Of a DNA stretch of 52,472 bases, positions 20,102-29,462 are shown in pieces. Position 1 is the first letter of the stretch. Every line of letters begins with the position of its first letter. The position numbers were made by a program, and so were the translations under genes. The stretch covers positions 1 through 52,472 of the forward strand of contig VFJT01000028.1 of assembly GCA_009885935.1 (NCBI GenBank), written 5' to 3'. This DNA is from Gammaproteobacteria bacterium. Its GTDB lineage: Bacteria; Pseudomonadota; Gammaproteobacteria; UBA1113. The notes under the pieces are model-generated. The model was not told the DNA's origin, made no database searches, and saw nothing but the letters and a program-made list of their open reading frames with translations.

Positions 20102-21024
20102 CCTGTCACTTGTTCTAAGGCCTGCAAAATAATCTGTGGATTATCCTGCCCCACCCCGCTTAAGAGCCGCCGCCACAGGCGGCCTTTAGGCTCTCCTAAG
20201 AATAAACCCAACAAAGGTTTTAACAAAGGATAAAGACGCGAACCTGCGGCCAGTTGCAGACTGGCATAATGATAATAACGACAAACGATATCCACGCGGT
20301 TTGGTAAGGGTGTGCTTGTTGGATATAAAACACGCTCGGCTTTAGCGATCAAGTAAGGATCGTGATAAGCGGCACGCCCCACCATGATGCCGCTAAATTG
20401 CGGGGCTAAACGCACAATGTCGTCTAAGCTTTGCACGCCACCATTCAATACAAAGGATAACTTGGGAAAATCACGTTGTGTGTGATACACGGCATCGTAG
20501 TTTAATGGCGGCACGGTGCGGTTTTCCTTTGGGCTTAAGCCTTCTAGCCAGGCATTGCGCGCGTGAATAATGAATGTATTGACCTTAGCCGCTGCCAGCT
20601 TTTCAATTAAAGGATACAGTAATTCTGTGACCGGAGCCCGACCTAATCCTAAGCGGGTTTTAACGGTGACCGGCAAAGCACTCGCTTCTTGCATGGCTGT
20701 AACACAATCTACCACCAAGTCAGGCTCAGCCATTAAACAAGCACCAAAGCTTCCTTCTTGTACCCTAGGGCTAGGACAGCCTACATTTAAATTCACCGCA
20801 TCATAGCCGTAGGCTGCAGCCAATCGCGTCGCTTGAGCCAGTAACTGTGGATCGGAGCCGCCTAATTGCAGCACTAGAGGATGTTCCGCCTGATCGAAAG
20901 CGAGCAAGCGCTCTACATCCCCATGCGCCAGTGCCATCGCCGTCACCATTTCCGTATACAGCAATACCCGTGGGCACAATAAGCGCATCAAATAACGATA
21001 ATGTCTATCGGTGTAATCCATCAT
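20098..21024 (-). CDS. dusA: tRNA-dihydrouridine synthase A
   Basis: It is collinear with E. coli DusA (MDYTDRHYRY, LNVGCPS, KTRLG, IIHARNAWL.GLSPKENR). The real start is probably upstream of the first ATG; see the finding. Confidence 0.88.
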   Translation of the reverse strand: MMDYTDRHYRYLMRLLCPRVLLYTEMVTAMALAHGDVERLLAFDQAEHPLVLQLGGSDPQLLAQATRLAAAYGYDAVNLNVGCPSPRVQEGSFGACLMAEPDLVVDCVTAMQEASALPVTVKTRLGLGRAPVTELLYPLIEKLAAAKVNTFIIHARNAWLEGLSPKENRTVPPLNYDAVYHTQRDFPKLSFVLNGGVQSLDDIVRLAPQFSGIMVGRAAYHDPYLIAKAERVLYPTSTPLPNRVDIVCRYYHYASLQLAAGSRLYPLLKPLLGLFLGEPKGRLWRRLLSGVGQDNPQIILQALEQVTG

Positions 21025-21085
21025 CGGCGCAATAGATAATACAGGATCTTTTTTTATGATAATTCTCCGCTTTCAATCTGTTTTT

Positions 21086-21144
21086 CGTAGGGGCGGCCCC
21101 CTGTGGCCGCCCTTTTTGGGCAGGCACGGGGGCCTGCCCCTACG
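21086..21144. repeat. REP/BIME-like double hairpin (dimer)
   Basis: cgtaggggcggccccctgtggccgccc-ttttt-gggcaggcacgggggcctgcccctacg. It lies downstream of lpdA. Confidence 0.85.
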
Positions 21145-21151
21145 ATAGGAT

Positions 21152-22582
21152 CTACTCTTTCTTTTTCTTGGGCATGTACAAATCGGTCACCGTACCTTCA
21201 AAAATTTCGGCCGCCATCGCGACGCTTTCTGATAAAGTTGGATGTGGATGTATGGTTAAAGCGATATCTTCTACATCAGCACCCATCTCTATAGCCAAAC
21301 ACAACTCGCTGATCAACTCACCGGCATTCGGACCTACAATACCGGCACCCATGATTTTATGATTTTCATTATTAATAATCAGTTTAGTTAAGCCTTCATC
21401 GCGTGCCATACTCAAAGCACGGCCACTGGCCATCCACGGGAAAGTAGCGGTACCATAATTTAAACCTTGCGCTTTGGCTTGTTCTTCGGTAACACCTGTC
21501 CAGGCCACTTCGGGATCGGTATACGCTACTGAAGGAATACACGCTGGCGTAAAATAATGTTTTAAGCCAGAAATCACTTCTGCTGCCACGCGCGCTTCAG
21601 CAACCGCTTTATGCGCCAACATAGGTTGGCCCACGATATCCCCTATAGCATAGATATGTGCAACGTTGGTTTTCATTTGCGTGTCTACGTCTATAAAACC
21701 GCGTTCATTCACTTTAATGCTGGTTTTATCTAAGCCTAAGCGGTCGCTGTTGGATCTACGACCGACTGCCGATAGAATTTGGTCAAAGCGTTGCGGTTCA
21801 GCGGGTGCGCCTTCACCTTCGAAAGTTACCCATAAGCCGTCTTTTTTAGCTTCAACGAAGGTTACTTTTGTCTTTAATAAAATTTGTTCGTATTGCTTGG
21901 CAACAAATTTATGGAATGGTTTGATTAAGTCTCTGTCTGCACCGGGCATTAAGCCATCCATTAATTCCACTATGGTAATCTTGCAGCCTAAAGATCTATA
22001 TACCGTTGCCATTTCCAAGCCAATGATACCGCCACCTATCACCAGCATATTGCCATCAACTTTAGCTAATTCTAAAGCGCCGGTTGAATCGATGATGCGT
22101 GGATCGTCTGGTAAGAAAGGCAATTTCACGGGTCTAGAGCCGGCAGCGATGATTACATTATCAAATTGCACCGTTTGCTTGCCTTCAGCAGTCGTCACGG
22201 TAATCGTTGTATCATTTTCAAATTGTGCCACACCTTGCAGTATAGTTACGCCGCGTTGTTTGGCCAATGCTTTTAAGCCACCGGTTAAACGGCCTACAAC
22301 TTTATCTTTGGCGGCCTTTAAGGTTTGCGTATTTATTTTTGGGGCAGCAAATTCTATACCCCAAGATTGAATATCGTGTGCTTCGTCTATGACTTTGGCA
22401 CTGTGCAACAAGGCTTTAGAGGGAATACACCCTACGTTTAGGCATACACCGCCTATCGTTGCGTATTGTTCGATTAATAATACTTTTAAACCCAGATCGG
22501 CTGCTCTGAATGCTGCGGTATAACCCCCAGGGCCGCTACCAATAACGACCAAAGGAAAATGTAATTTATTGTCTGTATTCAC
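21152..22582 (-). CDS. lpdA: Dihydrolipoyl dehydrogenase (E3)
   Basis: It has GSGPGGY and the redox disulfide GGVCLNVGCIPSK. GTG 22582 with a ggaga Shine-Dalgarno is preferred over the TTG 22594 of the ORF track. Confidence 0.92.
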   Translation of the reverse strand: MNTDNKLHFPLVVIGSGPGGYTAAFRAADLGLKVLLIEQYATIGGVCLNVGCIPSKALLHSAKVIDEAHDIQSWGIEFAAPKINTQTLKAAKDKVVGRLTGGLKALAKQRGVTILQGVAQFENDTTITVTTAEGKQTVQFDNVIIAAGSRPVKLPFLPDDPRIIDSTGALELAKVDGNMLVIGGGIIGLEMATVYRSLGCKITIVELMDGLMPGADRDLIKPFHKFVAKQYEQILLKTKVTFVEAKKDGLWVTFEGEGAPAEPQRFDQILSAVGRRSNSDRLGLDKTSIKVNERGFIDVDTQMKTNVAHIYAIGDIVGQPMLAHKAVAEARVAAEVISGLKHYFTPACIPSVAYTDPEVAWTGVTEEQAKAQGLNYGTATFPWMASGRALSMARDEGLTKLIINNENHKIMGAGIVGPNAGELISELCLAIEMGADVEDIALTIHPHPTLSESVAMAAEIFEGTVTDLYMPKKKKE

Positions 22583-22641
22583 TGCTGTCTCCAATTTATT
22601 TTAATATCTATAGTATCGGCTCTTGAAAATGCGGATCTTTA

Positions 22642-22699
22642 CGTAGGGGCGGCCCCCTGTGGCCGCCCTTTTGGGCAGGCACGGGGGCCTGCCCCTACG
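22642..22699. repeat. REP/BIME-like double hairpin (dimer)
   Basis: Near-identical to the 21086-21144 copy. It lies between aceF and lpdA inside the pdh operon. Confidence 0.85.
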
Positions 22700-22715
22700 A
22701 TCTATTTTGACGATC

Positions 22716-23969
22716 TTACAAGCTAAGCGGAACACCTTCTATATACTCCACCAACTGTTTACAAAAACGTGCCCCATCGGCACCATCAATAACGCGGTGA
22801 TCGTAAGATAAGGACAAGGGCAACATTAAACGTGGCACAAAACTACCTTTATCGTATACCGGCTTATAGCTAGACTTAGACACCCCTAAAATCGCCACAT
22901 CGGGCGCGTTGATGATCGGCGTAAAAGCTGTACCGCCTATGCCGCCCAAGCTAGAAATGCTGAATGAACTGCCTTGCAACTCAGGCGTTTTTAAAGCCTT
23001 ATTGCGCGCACGCTCACTGATGCTGGCCAATTCTGCCGCCAATTCCAGCACGGATTTTTTATCCACATCGCGTACCACAGGCACTACCAAGCCATTGGGC
23101 GTATCTACGGCCACACCCAAATGAATATACTGTTTTAATATAATAGATGCGCCATCGGCAGACAAAGAAGCATTAAACTGTGGCATTTTTTTCAACGCCG
23201 CCGCAACGGCTTTCATGATAAACACCAATGGCGTTAACTTAATGCCTTGTTTCTCCACTTCTGCTTTATGTTCCTTCCTAAACGCTTCTAAATTCGTGAT
23301 GTCGGCTTCATCAAATTGTGTCACATGCGGAATGCTCACCCAATTGCGATGCAAATTTGCGCCGGATAGTTTTTTAATTTTGGATAAAGGTTCTATCGTT
23401 ATGGTACCAAATTGAGAAAAATCAATTTGTGGGACTGCAGGAAATGCAAAACCGCCACCACCGCCTTGCATGCGCGCTTGCACATAGTTTTTGACATCTT
23501 CTTTGGAAATACGGCCCTTAGGTCCAGTGGCTGGAATTTGCCTTAAATCTAGATCTAATTCACGCGCCAAGCGTCTGACTGCAGGGCCCGCGTGTAAATT
23601 GTCTGCAATTTCAGGGCGGACACGGGGGTCCGCCCCTACGCCAAGATTCGTATCTTGAAATGCTGTGGGTATATCAGCGACTTTTTCTTTTATTTTTTCT
23701 GCTGTGACTGCAGGCTTTTCTACACTGGCTTCCGTCTTTAACAATAAAATAACACTGCCCTCAGTAACCTTATCGTCTACTTTAACACTGACACTTTCTA
23801 CTACGCCAGCATAAGGACTGGGCACATCCATACTGGCTTTATCGGATTCCAAGGTGACGATCGGATCGTCAACGGCAATCGTATCGCCTGCCTTCACCAA
23901 CACTTCGATGACATCAACCGCTTCACTCTGCCCAATGTCCGGAACTTTTATTTCAATTACGTTTGACAT
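22716..23969 (-). CDS. aceF: Pyruvate dehydrogenase E2 (dihydrolipoyllysine acetyltransferase), single lipoyl domain
   Basis: Lipoylation motif LESDKASMDVPSP, an E3-binding segment PAVRRLARELDLDL, and the catalytic SYDHRVIDGA. Confidence 0.92.
   Translation of the reverse strand: MSNVIEIKVPDIGQSEAVDVIEVLVKAGDTIAVDDPIVTLESDKASMDVPSPYAGVVESVSVKVDDKVTEGSVILLLKTEASVEKPAVTAEKIKEKVADIPTAFQDTNLGVGADPRVRPEIADNLHAGPAVRRLARELDLDLRQIPATGPKGRISKEDVKNYVQARMQGGGGGFAFPAVPQIDFSQFGTITIEPLSKIKKLSGANLHRNWVSIPHVTQFDEADITNLEAFRKEHKAEVEKQGIKLTPLVFIMKAVAAALKKMPQFNASLSADGASIILKQYIHLGVAVDTPNGLVVPVVRDVDKKSVLELAAELASISERARNKALKTPELQGSSFSISSLGGIGGTAFTPIINAPDVAILGVSKSSYKPVYDKGSFVPRLMLPLSLSYDHRVIDGADGARFCKQLVEYIEGVPLSL
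23614..23640. repeat. REP monomer embedded in frame in the aceF linker
   Basis: gggcggacacgggggtccgcccctacg. On the coding strand it is translated as GVGADPRVRP. Confidence 0.8.
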
Positions 23970-23984
23970 CTATTTAATAACCTC

Positions 23985-26645
23985 TTAACACTTTACAGGA
24001 TTTTCTTTATTGGAATTAATTCCTAACTCTTTCATCGCTTTTTGCAATACCTTTAGTTCGATCGCTTTTTCATCGTACAATGCTTTTAAACTCGCATAAG
24101 CAATCGCATTGCTATCGACCTCAAAGAATTGGCGCAAAGCTAGGCGCGTATCGCTGCGGCCAAAGCCATCGGTACCCAATACGGTATAAGAACGATCTCC
24201 TAAATAAGCGCGTATAGGTTCAGCATAAGCACGCACATAATCCGTTACTGCTAAAATGGGACCTTTCGTTGGCGCTAAGCATTGCGTGACATAAGGTATC
24301 TCGGCAGTTTTTTCAGGATGCAAACGATTATTGCGTTCTATGGCCCAAGCTTCCCGGTATAATTCATTAAAGCTGGTGGCACTCCACACCTCGGCTTCTA
24401 CACCATAGTTTTGCAATAGAGCACAGGCCGCAATCGCCTCACGCAGAATAGTACCCGAGCCTAATAACTGCACTGTAGGCTTTTGTGTCGCTGCTATTTT
24501 TTTCAAGCAATACAAACCACGTATAATGCCCTCGCGTGCGCCTTCCGGCATAGCGGGATGCAGATAATTTTCATTCATGACCGTGATATAGTAATAAACA
24601 TCTTCACAAAGGCCATACATCCTACGCATCCCTTCTTCAATAATGACAGCTAATTCATAATGAAAAGTCGGATCGTAGCTGATGCAATTTGGTATTAAGC
24701 CTGCCATGACATGGCTATGGCCATCTTCATGTTGTAAGCCTTCACCGGACAAGGTCGTACGGCCTGCGGTAGCGCCTATTAAAAAGCCACGCGCTTTTTG
24801 ATCGCCAGCAGCCCACGCTAAATCACCAATGCGTTGAAAACCAAACATGGAATAATAAATATAAAACGGTAACATCGCCAATTGATTGGTGTTGTAAGAC
24901 GTAGCTGCAGCCAGCCAGGAAGAAAAAGCACCCGCTTCTGTTAAGCCTTCTTCCAAGAGTTGTCCTTTTGTATCTTCTTTGTAATACATCAATTCGCCCG
25001 CATCCACCGGTTTATACAATTGGCCTTCTACCGAATAAATACCCAACTGACGGAACAAACCTTCCATACCAAAAGTACGCGACTCATCGGCGACAATCGG
25101 TACAATTCTATCTTTGATGGCTTTATCTTTTAACAAACTACTTAAGATCCTCACAAAAGCCATGGTGGTAGAATATTCCCTATCGTGACCGCCTTGCCAA
25201 TGCGGCTCCCACAGCCCTGCTTCTGGCAGCGTTAAACTGCCCTCTGTTTGTTTACGTTTAGGGAAATTGCCACCCAAGGCTTTGCGCTGCTGTTGCAAGT
25301 AGTTTAACTCAGGAGAACCTTCTGCAAATTGCATATAAGGCACTGCTTCTAATTCTTTATCTTGCAAGGGGATCTTAAAACGATCGCGCATATACGTAAC
25401 ATCTTCTAAAGCCAATTTTTTCTGATTGTGCGCTGTATTCTGCGCTTGACCCACTGGGCCTAAGCCATAACCTTTAACACTTTTTGCCAAAATAACCGTG
25501 GCGCGACCATTGTTTAAATTCACCGCTTGTTGATAGGCCGCATACACTTTTTTACGATCCAAACCACCATAACGCATTTCAAACAGTGTTTCATCCGATA
25601 AATGCTCGACCATGGCCAATAAACGCGGATCGCCACCAAACAATACCTCACGTGCCACTGCGCCATCTTTAGCTTGGAACAATTGATACTCGCCATCGAC
25701 CATCTCCATCATACGCTGGCGCAATAAGCCTTCTGTATCACGAGCAAATAATTCATCCCATTCGCTGCTCCAGATAACTTTAATGATATTAAAGCCTACG
25801 CCGCGAAAATGACTTTCTAATTCTTGGATGATCTTACCATTGCCGCGCACGGGACCATCTAACCGTTGCAGATTACAATTGATCACGAAAATAAGATTAT
25901 CTAATTGTTCTTTTTGTGCAATGTGCAATGCACCTACCGATTCAGGTTCATCCATTTCACCATCGCCACAAAACACCCATATTTTACGGCCAGTAGTATC
26001 TTGCAAGCCACGATGCTGTAAATATTTTAAAAAACGCGCTTGATAAATCCCTTGTATAGGACCTAAACCCATGGATACCGTTGGAAACTGCCAAAAATCC
26101 GGCATTAACCATGGATGTGGATAAGAGGAAATGCCTTCACCACCCACTTCTTGACGAAAATGGTCTAATTGTTTTGCCGACAAACAACCCATTAAATAGG
26201 CAAAGGCATATATGCCTGGAGACGAGTGACCCTGCACATAAACACAGTCGCCGTGCGAGACATCGTCCACGCTGCGAAAAAAGTGTAACAAGCCCACTTC
26301 ATACAATATAGCCGAAGAGGCAAAGGTTGAAATATGGCCGTCCACTCCCGGGGCCTTATGCGAAGCTCGCACCACCATCGCCATTGCATTCCAGCGTATA
26401 AAAGCATCGATACGCTCTTCCATGGCTAGATCGCCCGGATAAACAGTTTCATCCGCTAGCGCTATCGTATTGACATAATCTGTAGTCGTTAAAGGCGCAT
26501 TCACACCCAAACGCCGCGCTTTGTCTAACACTCGCGTTAAGATGAAATCAGCCCGTTCAACCCCTTCTTCACGAATTAAGGAATCCAGCGCATCTACCCA
26601 TTCCTGTGTCTCTGTAGGATCCACATCGATTAAATTCTTTTTCAT
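23985..26645 (-). CDS. aceE: Pyruvate dehydrogenase E1 component (homodimeric type)
   Basis: 886 aa and collinear with E. coli AceE. It is followed by aceF and lpdA. Confidence 0.94.
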   Translation of the reverse strand: MKKNLIDVDPTETQEWVDALDSLIREEGVERADFILTRVLDKARRLGVNAPLTTTDYVNTIALADETVYPGDLAMEERIDAFIRWNAMAMVVRASHKAPGVDGHISTFASSAILYEVGLLHFFRSVDDVSHGDCVYVQGHSSPGIYAFAYLMGCLSAKQLDHFRQEVGGEGISSYPHPWLMPDFWQFPTVSMGLGPIQGIYQARFLKYLQHRGLQDTTGRKIWVFCGDGEMDEPESVGALHIAQKEQLDNLIFVINCNLQRLDGPVRGNGKIIQELESHFRGVGFNIIKVIWSSEWDELFARDTEGLLRQRMMEMVDGEYQLFQAKDGAVAREVLFGGDPRLLAMVEHLSDETLFEMRYGGLDRKKVYAAYQQAVNLNNGRATVILAKSVKGYGLGPVGQAQNTAHNQKKLALEDVTYMRDRFKIPLQDKELEAVPYMQFAEGSPELNYLQQQRKALGGNFPKRKQTEGSLTLPEAGLWEPHWQGGHDREYSTTMAFVRILSSLLKDKAIKDRIVPIVADESRTFGMEGLFRQLGIYSVEGQLYKPVDAGELMYYKEDTKGQLLEEGLTEAGAFSSWLAAATSYNTNQLAMLPFYIYYSMFGFQRIGDLAWAAGDQKARGFLIGATAGRTTLSGEGLQHEDGHSHVMAGLIPNCISYDPTFHYELAVIIEEGMRRMYGLCEDVYYYITVMNENYLHPAMPEGAREGIIRGLYCLKKIAATQKPTVQLLGSGTILREAIAACALLQNYGVEAEVWSATSFNELYREAWAIERNNRLHPEKTAEIPYVTQCLAPTKGPILAVTDYVRAYAEPIRAYLGDRSYTVLGTDGFGRSDTRLALRQFFEVDSNAIAYASLKALYDEKAIELKVLQKAMKELGINSNKENPVKC

Positions 26646-26661
26646 TTACCCTCTCTACTTA

Positions 26662-26688
26662 GGGCAGGCACAGGAGCCTGCCCCTACA
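26662..26688. repeat. REP monomer
   Basis: gggcaggcacaggagcctgcccctaca. It lies between the ampE stop and the aceE start. Confidence 0.75.
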
Positions 26689-26694
26689 ATATTA

Positions 26695-27513
26695 TTATTG
26701 GTGCGCCCATGCCGCCAGCGACAACAGCGACAATATGATCAAAAATATAAGCAAAGCGCGTTGATACAAAGCCCATTGCCGTTGCGGCGTCTCTTGACCA
26801 CTTTCTAATGCCGCGTGACTGCAAGCATCCAAATACGTCTCATTATTTTTAGGTGCCGCTATAATTTGACCCCACCATACTTTGAAGGTACTTTCAAAAC
26901 GGCCCGCTAATACAAAACATAAACCCAATAAACGCACTGGGACCCAATCTAAGTACGACACCCAAGAAATCGCAGCATCGCGTATCTTTAGAGAATCCTC
27001 TGCATAATGCTGTTCAGACAACAAGCGCGAAAAACGGTACAACACTGCCCCTGCTGGACCCATCAGTACAAACCAAAATAATACGGCAAACGTATTGGTT
27101 TGTGCCTGCCACAATAAGCTGCCCTTGCCCTTTGCAGCCACAACAGCGGCCCCCTCATGGCGCGCCGCATCTTCGATGGTAGTGGTTTTGCTGGCTTTCT
27201 GCGTAGAGTTATCCGTCGCTATCGTCGGCATAACGCCTAAGGCATACAACAAAACAGCCGCAGCAAATACAAAGGCGGCAATACCCCACACAAAATACAT
27301 CAATATCCATTGCAAAATAGCTACTACAACAACCGCCGGCACTATGCCCATCAGCAACCCCAACACCCCTTTGCCAAAAGGCGTCGTTCCCAACCATTTA
27401 TGATGGTATTCAAAGTACCGATTTAACCAGCCATAATTGCGCACCCATTTACCCATAGGCGTAAAACGGTTCAAAGCTAAACAAAGCAAAACCACGATAA
27501 TAATCATATTCAC
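26695..27513 (-). CDS. ampE: AmpE-like inner membrane protein
   Basis: A multi-TM protein with the conserved LDWVPVRL segment. It lies directly downstream of ampD, as in enterobacteria. Confidence 0.7.
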   Translation of the reverse strand: MNMIIIVVLLCLALNRFTPMGKWVRNYGWLNRYFEYHHKWLGTTPFGKGVLGLLMGIVPAVVVVAILQWILMYFVWGIAAFVFAAAVLLYALGVMPTIATDNSTQKASKTTTIEDAARHEGAAVVAAKGKGSLLWQAQTNTFAVLFWFVLMGPAGAVLYRFSRLLSEQHYAEDSLKIRDAAISWVSYLDWVPVRLLGLCFVLAGRFESTFKVWWGQIIAAPKNNETYLDACSHAALESGQETPQRQWALYQRALLIFLIILSLLSLAAWAHQ

Positions 27514-27528
27514 TGTCCTTCTATAGAT

Positions 27529-28089
27529 TTAAAAACCAACATCCTTTAACAAAGAAAAAAATTCCTGCCAGTCGAAAAAAGGCCCTGGGTCGTCTTTACG
27601 TCCAGGCGCTATATCGCTATGACCTACAATTCTACCGCAATTAATGGCTGGAAAACATCCCTTTAGGGCCACACTTAGGGCCTGCAAGGCCTTATACTGT
27701 TCAAAAGTGAAGCTATCGGTCACACAACCCTCCAATTCTACTCCTATGGAGTAGTCGTTGCACTGTGCGCGGCCCGCAAAAGAGGAAACGCCCGCATGCC
27801 AGGCGCGTTCGTAGACACTGACAAATTGCGTTACCATGCCACCCCTATCGATTAAAAAATGTGCAGAAACCACGTGGTCGGCAATGGTTTCAAAATAGGG
27901 ATGCGCCTCTATGGGCAATTGATTGCGGAATAATTTTTCGATATAGCCGCCCCCATATTGTCCGGGTGGCAAACTAATACAATGTATAACCAATAGATCC
28001 ACCTCGGTTCCTACGGGGCGGCTGTTGTAATTGGGTGAGGCAAGGATGCGCACACCCGTAGCCCAGCCTGACTCTAAATCAATACGCAT
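27529..28089 (-). CDS. ampD: 1,6-anhydro-N-acetylmuramyl-L-alanine amidase AmpD
   Basis: NYNSRP, LLVIHCISLPPG, AWHAGVS, NDYSIGVELEG and GHSDIAPGRKDDPGP parallel E. coli AmpD. Confidence 0.88.
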   Translation of the reverse strand: MRIDLESGWATGVRILASPNYNSRPVGTEVDLLVIHCISLPPGQYGGGYIEKLFRNQLPIEAHPYFETIADHVVSAHFLIDRGGMVTQFVSVYERAWHAGVSSFAGRAQCNDYSIGVELEGCVTDSFTFEQYKALQALSVALKGCFPAINCGRIVGHSDIAPGRKDDPGPFFDWQEFFSLLKDVGF

Positions 28090-28090
28090 G

Positions 28091-29263
28091 TTAATCTCGT
28101 CTTAACCTAGTACTAAAAGCCAATGGCGATGGATATTTTAACACTACCCAGTAAGAAGCCACTAAAAAAGTTAAAATGGTAGCACTTTGAATTAAGTTCG
28201 ACGCCTCCCTAGAAATAAAGCCACTACTGCGTGCTAAATACGCCAATAATAATGAGAACTCGCTATTTTGTGCTAAACGCACGCCGATTTCCCAGGCTAT
28301 AGCCTTAGGTTCACCATTTTTTTTCAATAACACAGCAAATACTGTTGGCTTTAAGATCATCATCGCCACCGCTAGAATCAACGCTGGCCAGAATAATTGA
28401 ACTCCGTAATGCCAATTAAAGCCTGCACCTATGGAAAAGAAAAACATCACTAAGAAAAAGTCGCGTAAAGGCTTTAAACTTTCTGCCACATACAAAGCCA
28501 CGGGGCTCGCAGCAATGACGATGCCAGCAATAAAAGCGCCCACTTCATAGGATAAATCGAACATCTGCGCCAGCTGTGCAAAGGCCAAACACCAACCTAG
28601 CATTAACAGAAAAATGTATTCACGCACATAGTCAAAACGCGCCAATAAAACCCTGAGCACATACTTTTCAGCAATATAACCTCCCAAGGTCAATACCGGA
28701 AATGCAATCAGGGCTTTGAGTATTACCAAACTCGAAAGGCTGCCCCCTGTGCCTACACTTTTTAAAATCAACAAAGCAATGATGGCGATGATATCTTGCA
28801 GTAATAACACGCCTATCATCACCTCTCCTACGTGTTGATGATGCAATACTGTAGTCGGTAATAATTTTAAACCTATGATGGTGCTAGAGAACATCATCGC
28901 CGCGCCTACAATAATCGATTCCGTCGTGTTAAAGCCGCTGTAATGGGCAATCACAAAACCAACCGCGGCAAATATGAGTGAACTCAGCAAAGCCACCCAA
29001 GCCATATTGCGAAATGTTTTTAAAAAGTCTTCTAAGGATAAGTTTAAACCCATTAAAAAGAGTAGAAAAACAATCCCCACTTCGCCCGTTTGTTTAATCA
29101 ACACCGGATCAGACATCAAGCCCAAACCCCATGGCCCTAAAAGCATGCCTAGACCTATATAAACCATTAATAAGGATTGTCGCGTGTACAAAGCCAGCGT
29201 GGCTATCGCCGCCGCGCCCGAGAAAATTAAAAAAATTGCAAAAATGACTATGTTATGGTCCAT
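28091..29263 (-). CDS. Cation:proton antiporter (CPA2/Kef-like membrane domain only)
   Basis: 390 aa with about 11-12 TM segments and typical Na+/H+-exchanger-family composition. There is no C-terminal KTN domain. Confidence 0.75.
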   Translation of the reverse strand: MDHNIVIFAIFLIFSGAAAIATLALYTRQSLLMVYIGLGMLLGPWGLGLMSDPVLIKQTGEVGIVFLLFLMGLNLSLEDFLKTFRNMAWVALLSSLIFAAVGFVIAHYSGFNTTESIIVGAAMMFSSTIIGLKLLPTTVLHHQHVGEVMIGVLLLQDIIAIIALLILKSVGTGGSLSSLVILKALIAFPVLTLGGYIAEKYVLRVLLARFDYVREYIFLLMLGWCLAFAQLAQMFDLSYEVGAFIAGIVIAASPVALYVAESLKPLRDFFLVMFFFSIGAGFNWHYGVQLFWPALILAVAMMILKPTVFAVLLKKNGEPKAIAWEIGVRLAQNSEFSLLLAYLARSSGFISREASNLIQSATILTFLVASYWVVLKYPSPLAFSTRLRRD

Positions 29264-29389
29264 GGTTTAGTTATCTCCGTTCAAAACCCAAGCATTGCAA
29301 TTGAATTGCCTCATAAATCTTGTCTAATAATTAACACAATGGCTTGTATTTTGCAAATAAGTAACAAAACGCTCAGAACAGAATGAATT

Positions 29390-29437
29390 ATCCGCGACCG
29401 TGAGGGAGCGGGTTTTGCAAACTCGCGGTCGCGGCTC
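29390..29437. repeat. Truncated copy of a second palindromic repeat family
   Basis: The ends ccgcgaccgtgagggagcgg and cggtcgcggctc are shared with 46324-46386. The inner right arm is missing. Confidence 0.5.
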
Positions 29438-29462
29438 AAATGCTTCATTTAGGGCGTTTACC

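Noticed and set aside
21666-22370. 234-aa plus-strand ORF
   Set aside because: It lies entirely antisense to lpdA, whose identity is unambiguous. It has no Shine-Dalgarno sequence, and its composition (Ser/Pro/Lys-rich) is typical of an antisense frame.
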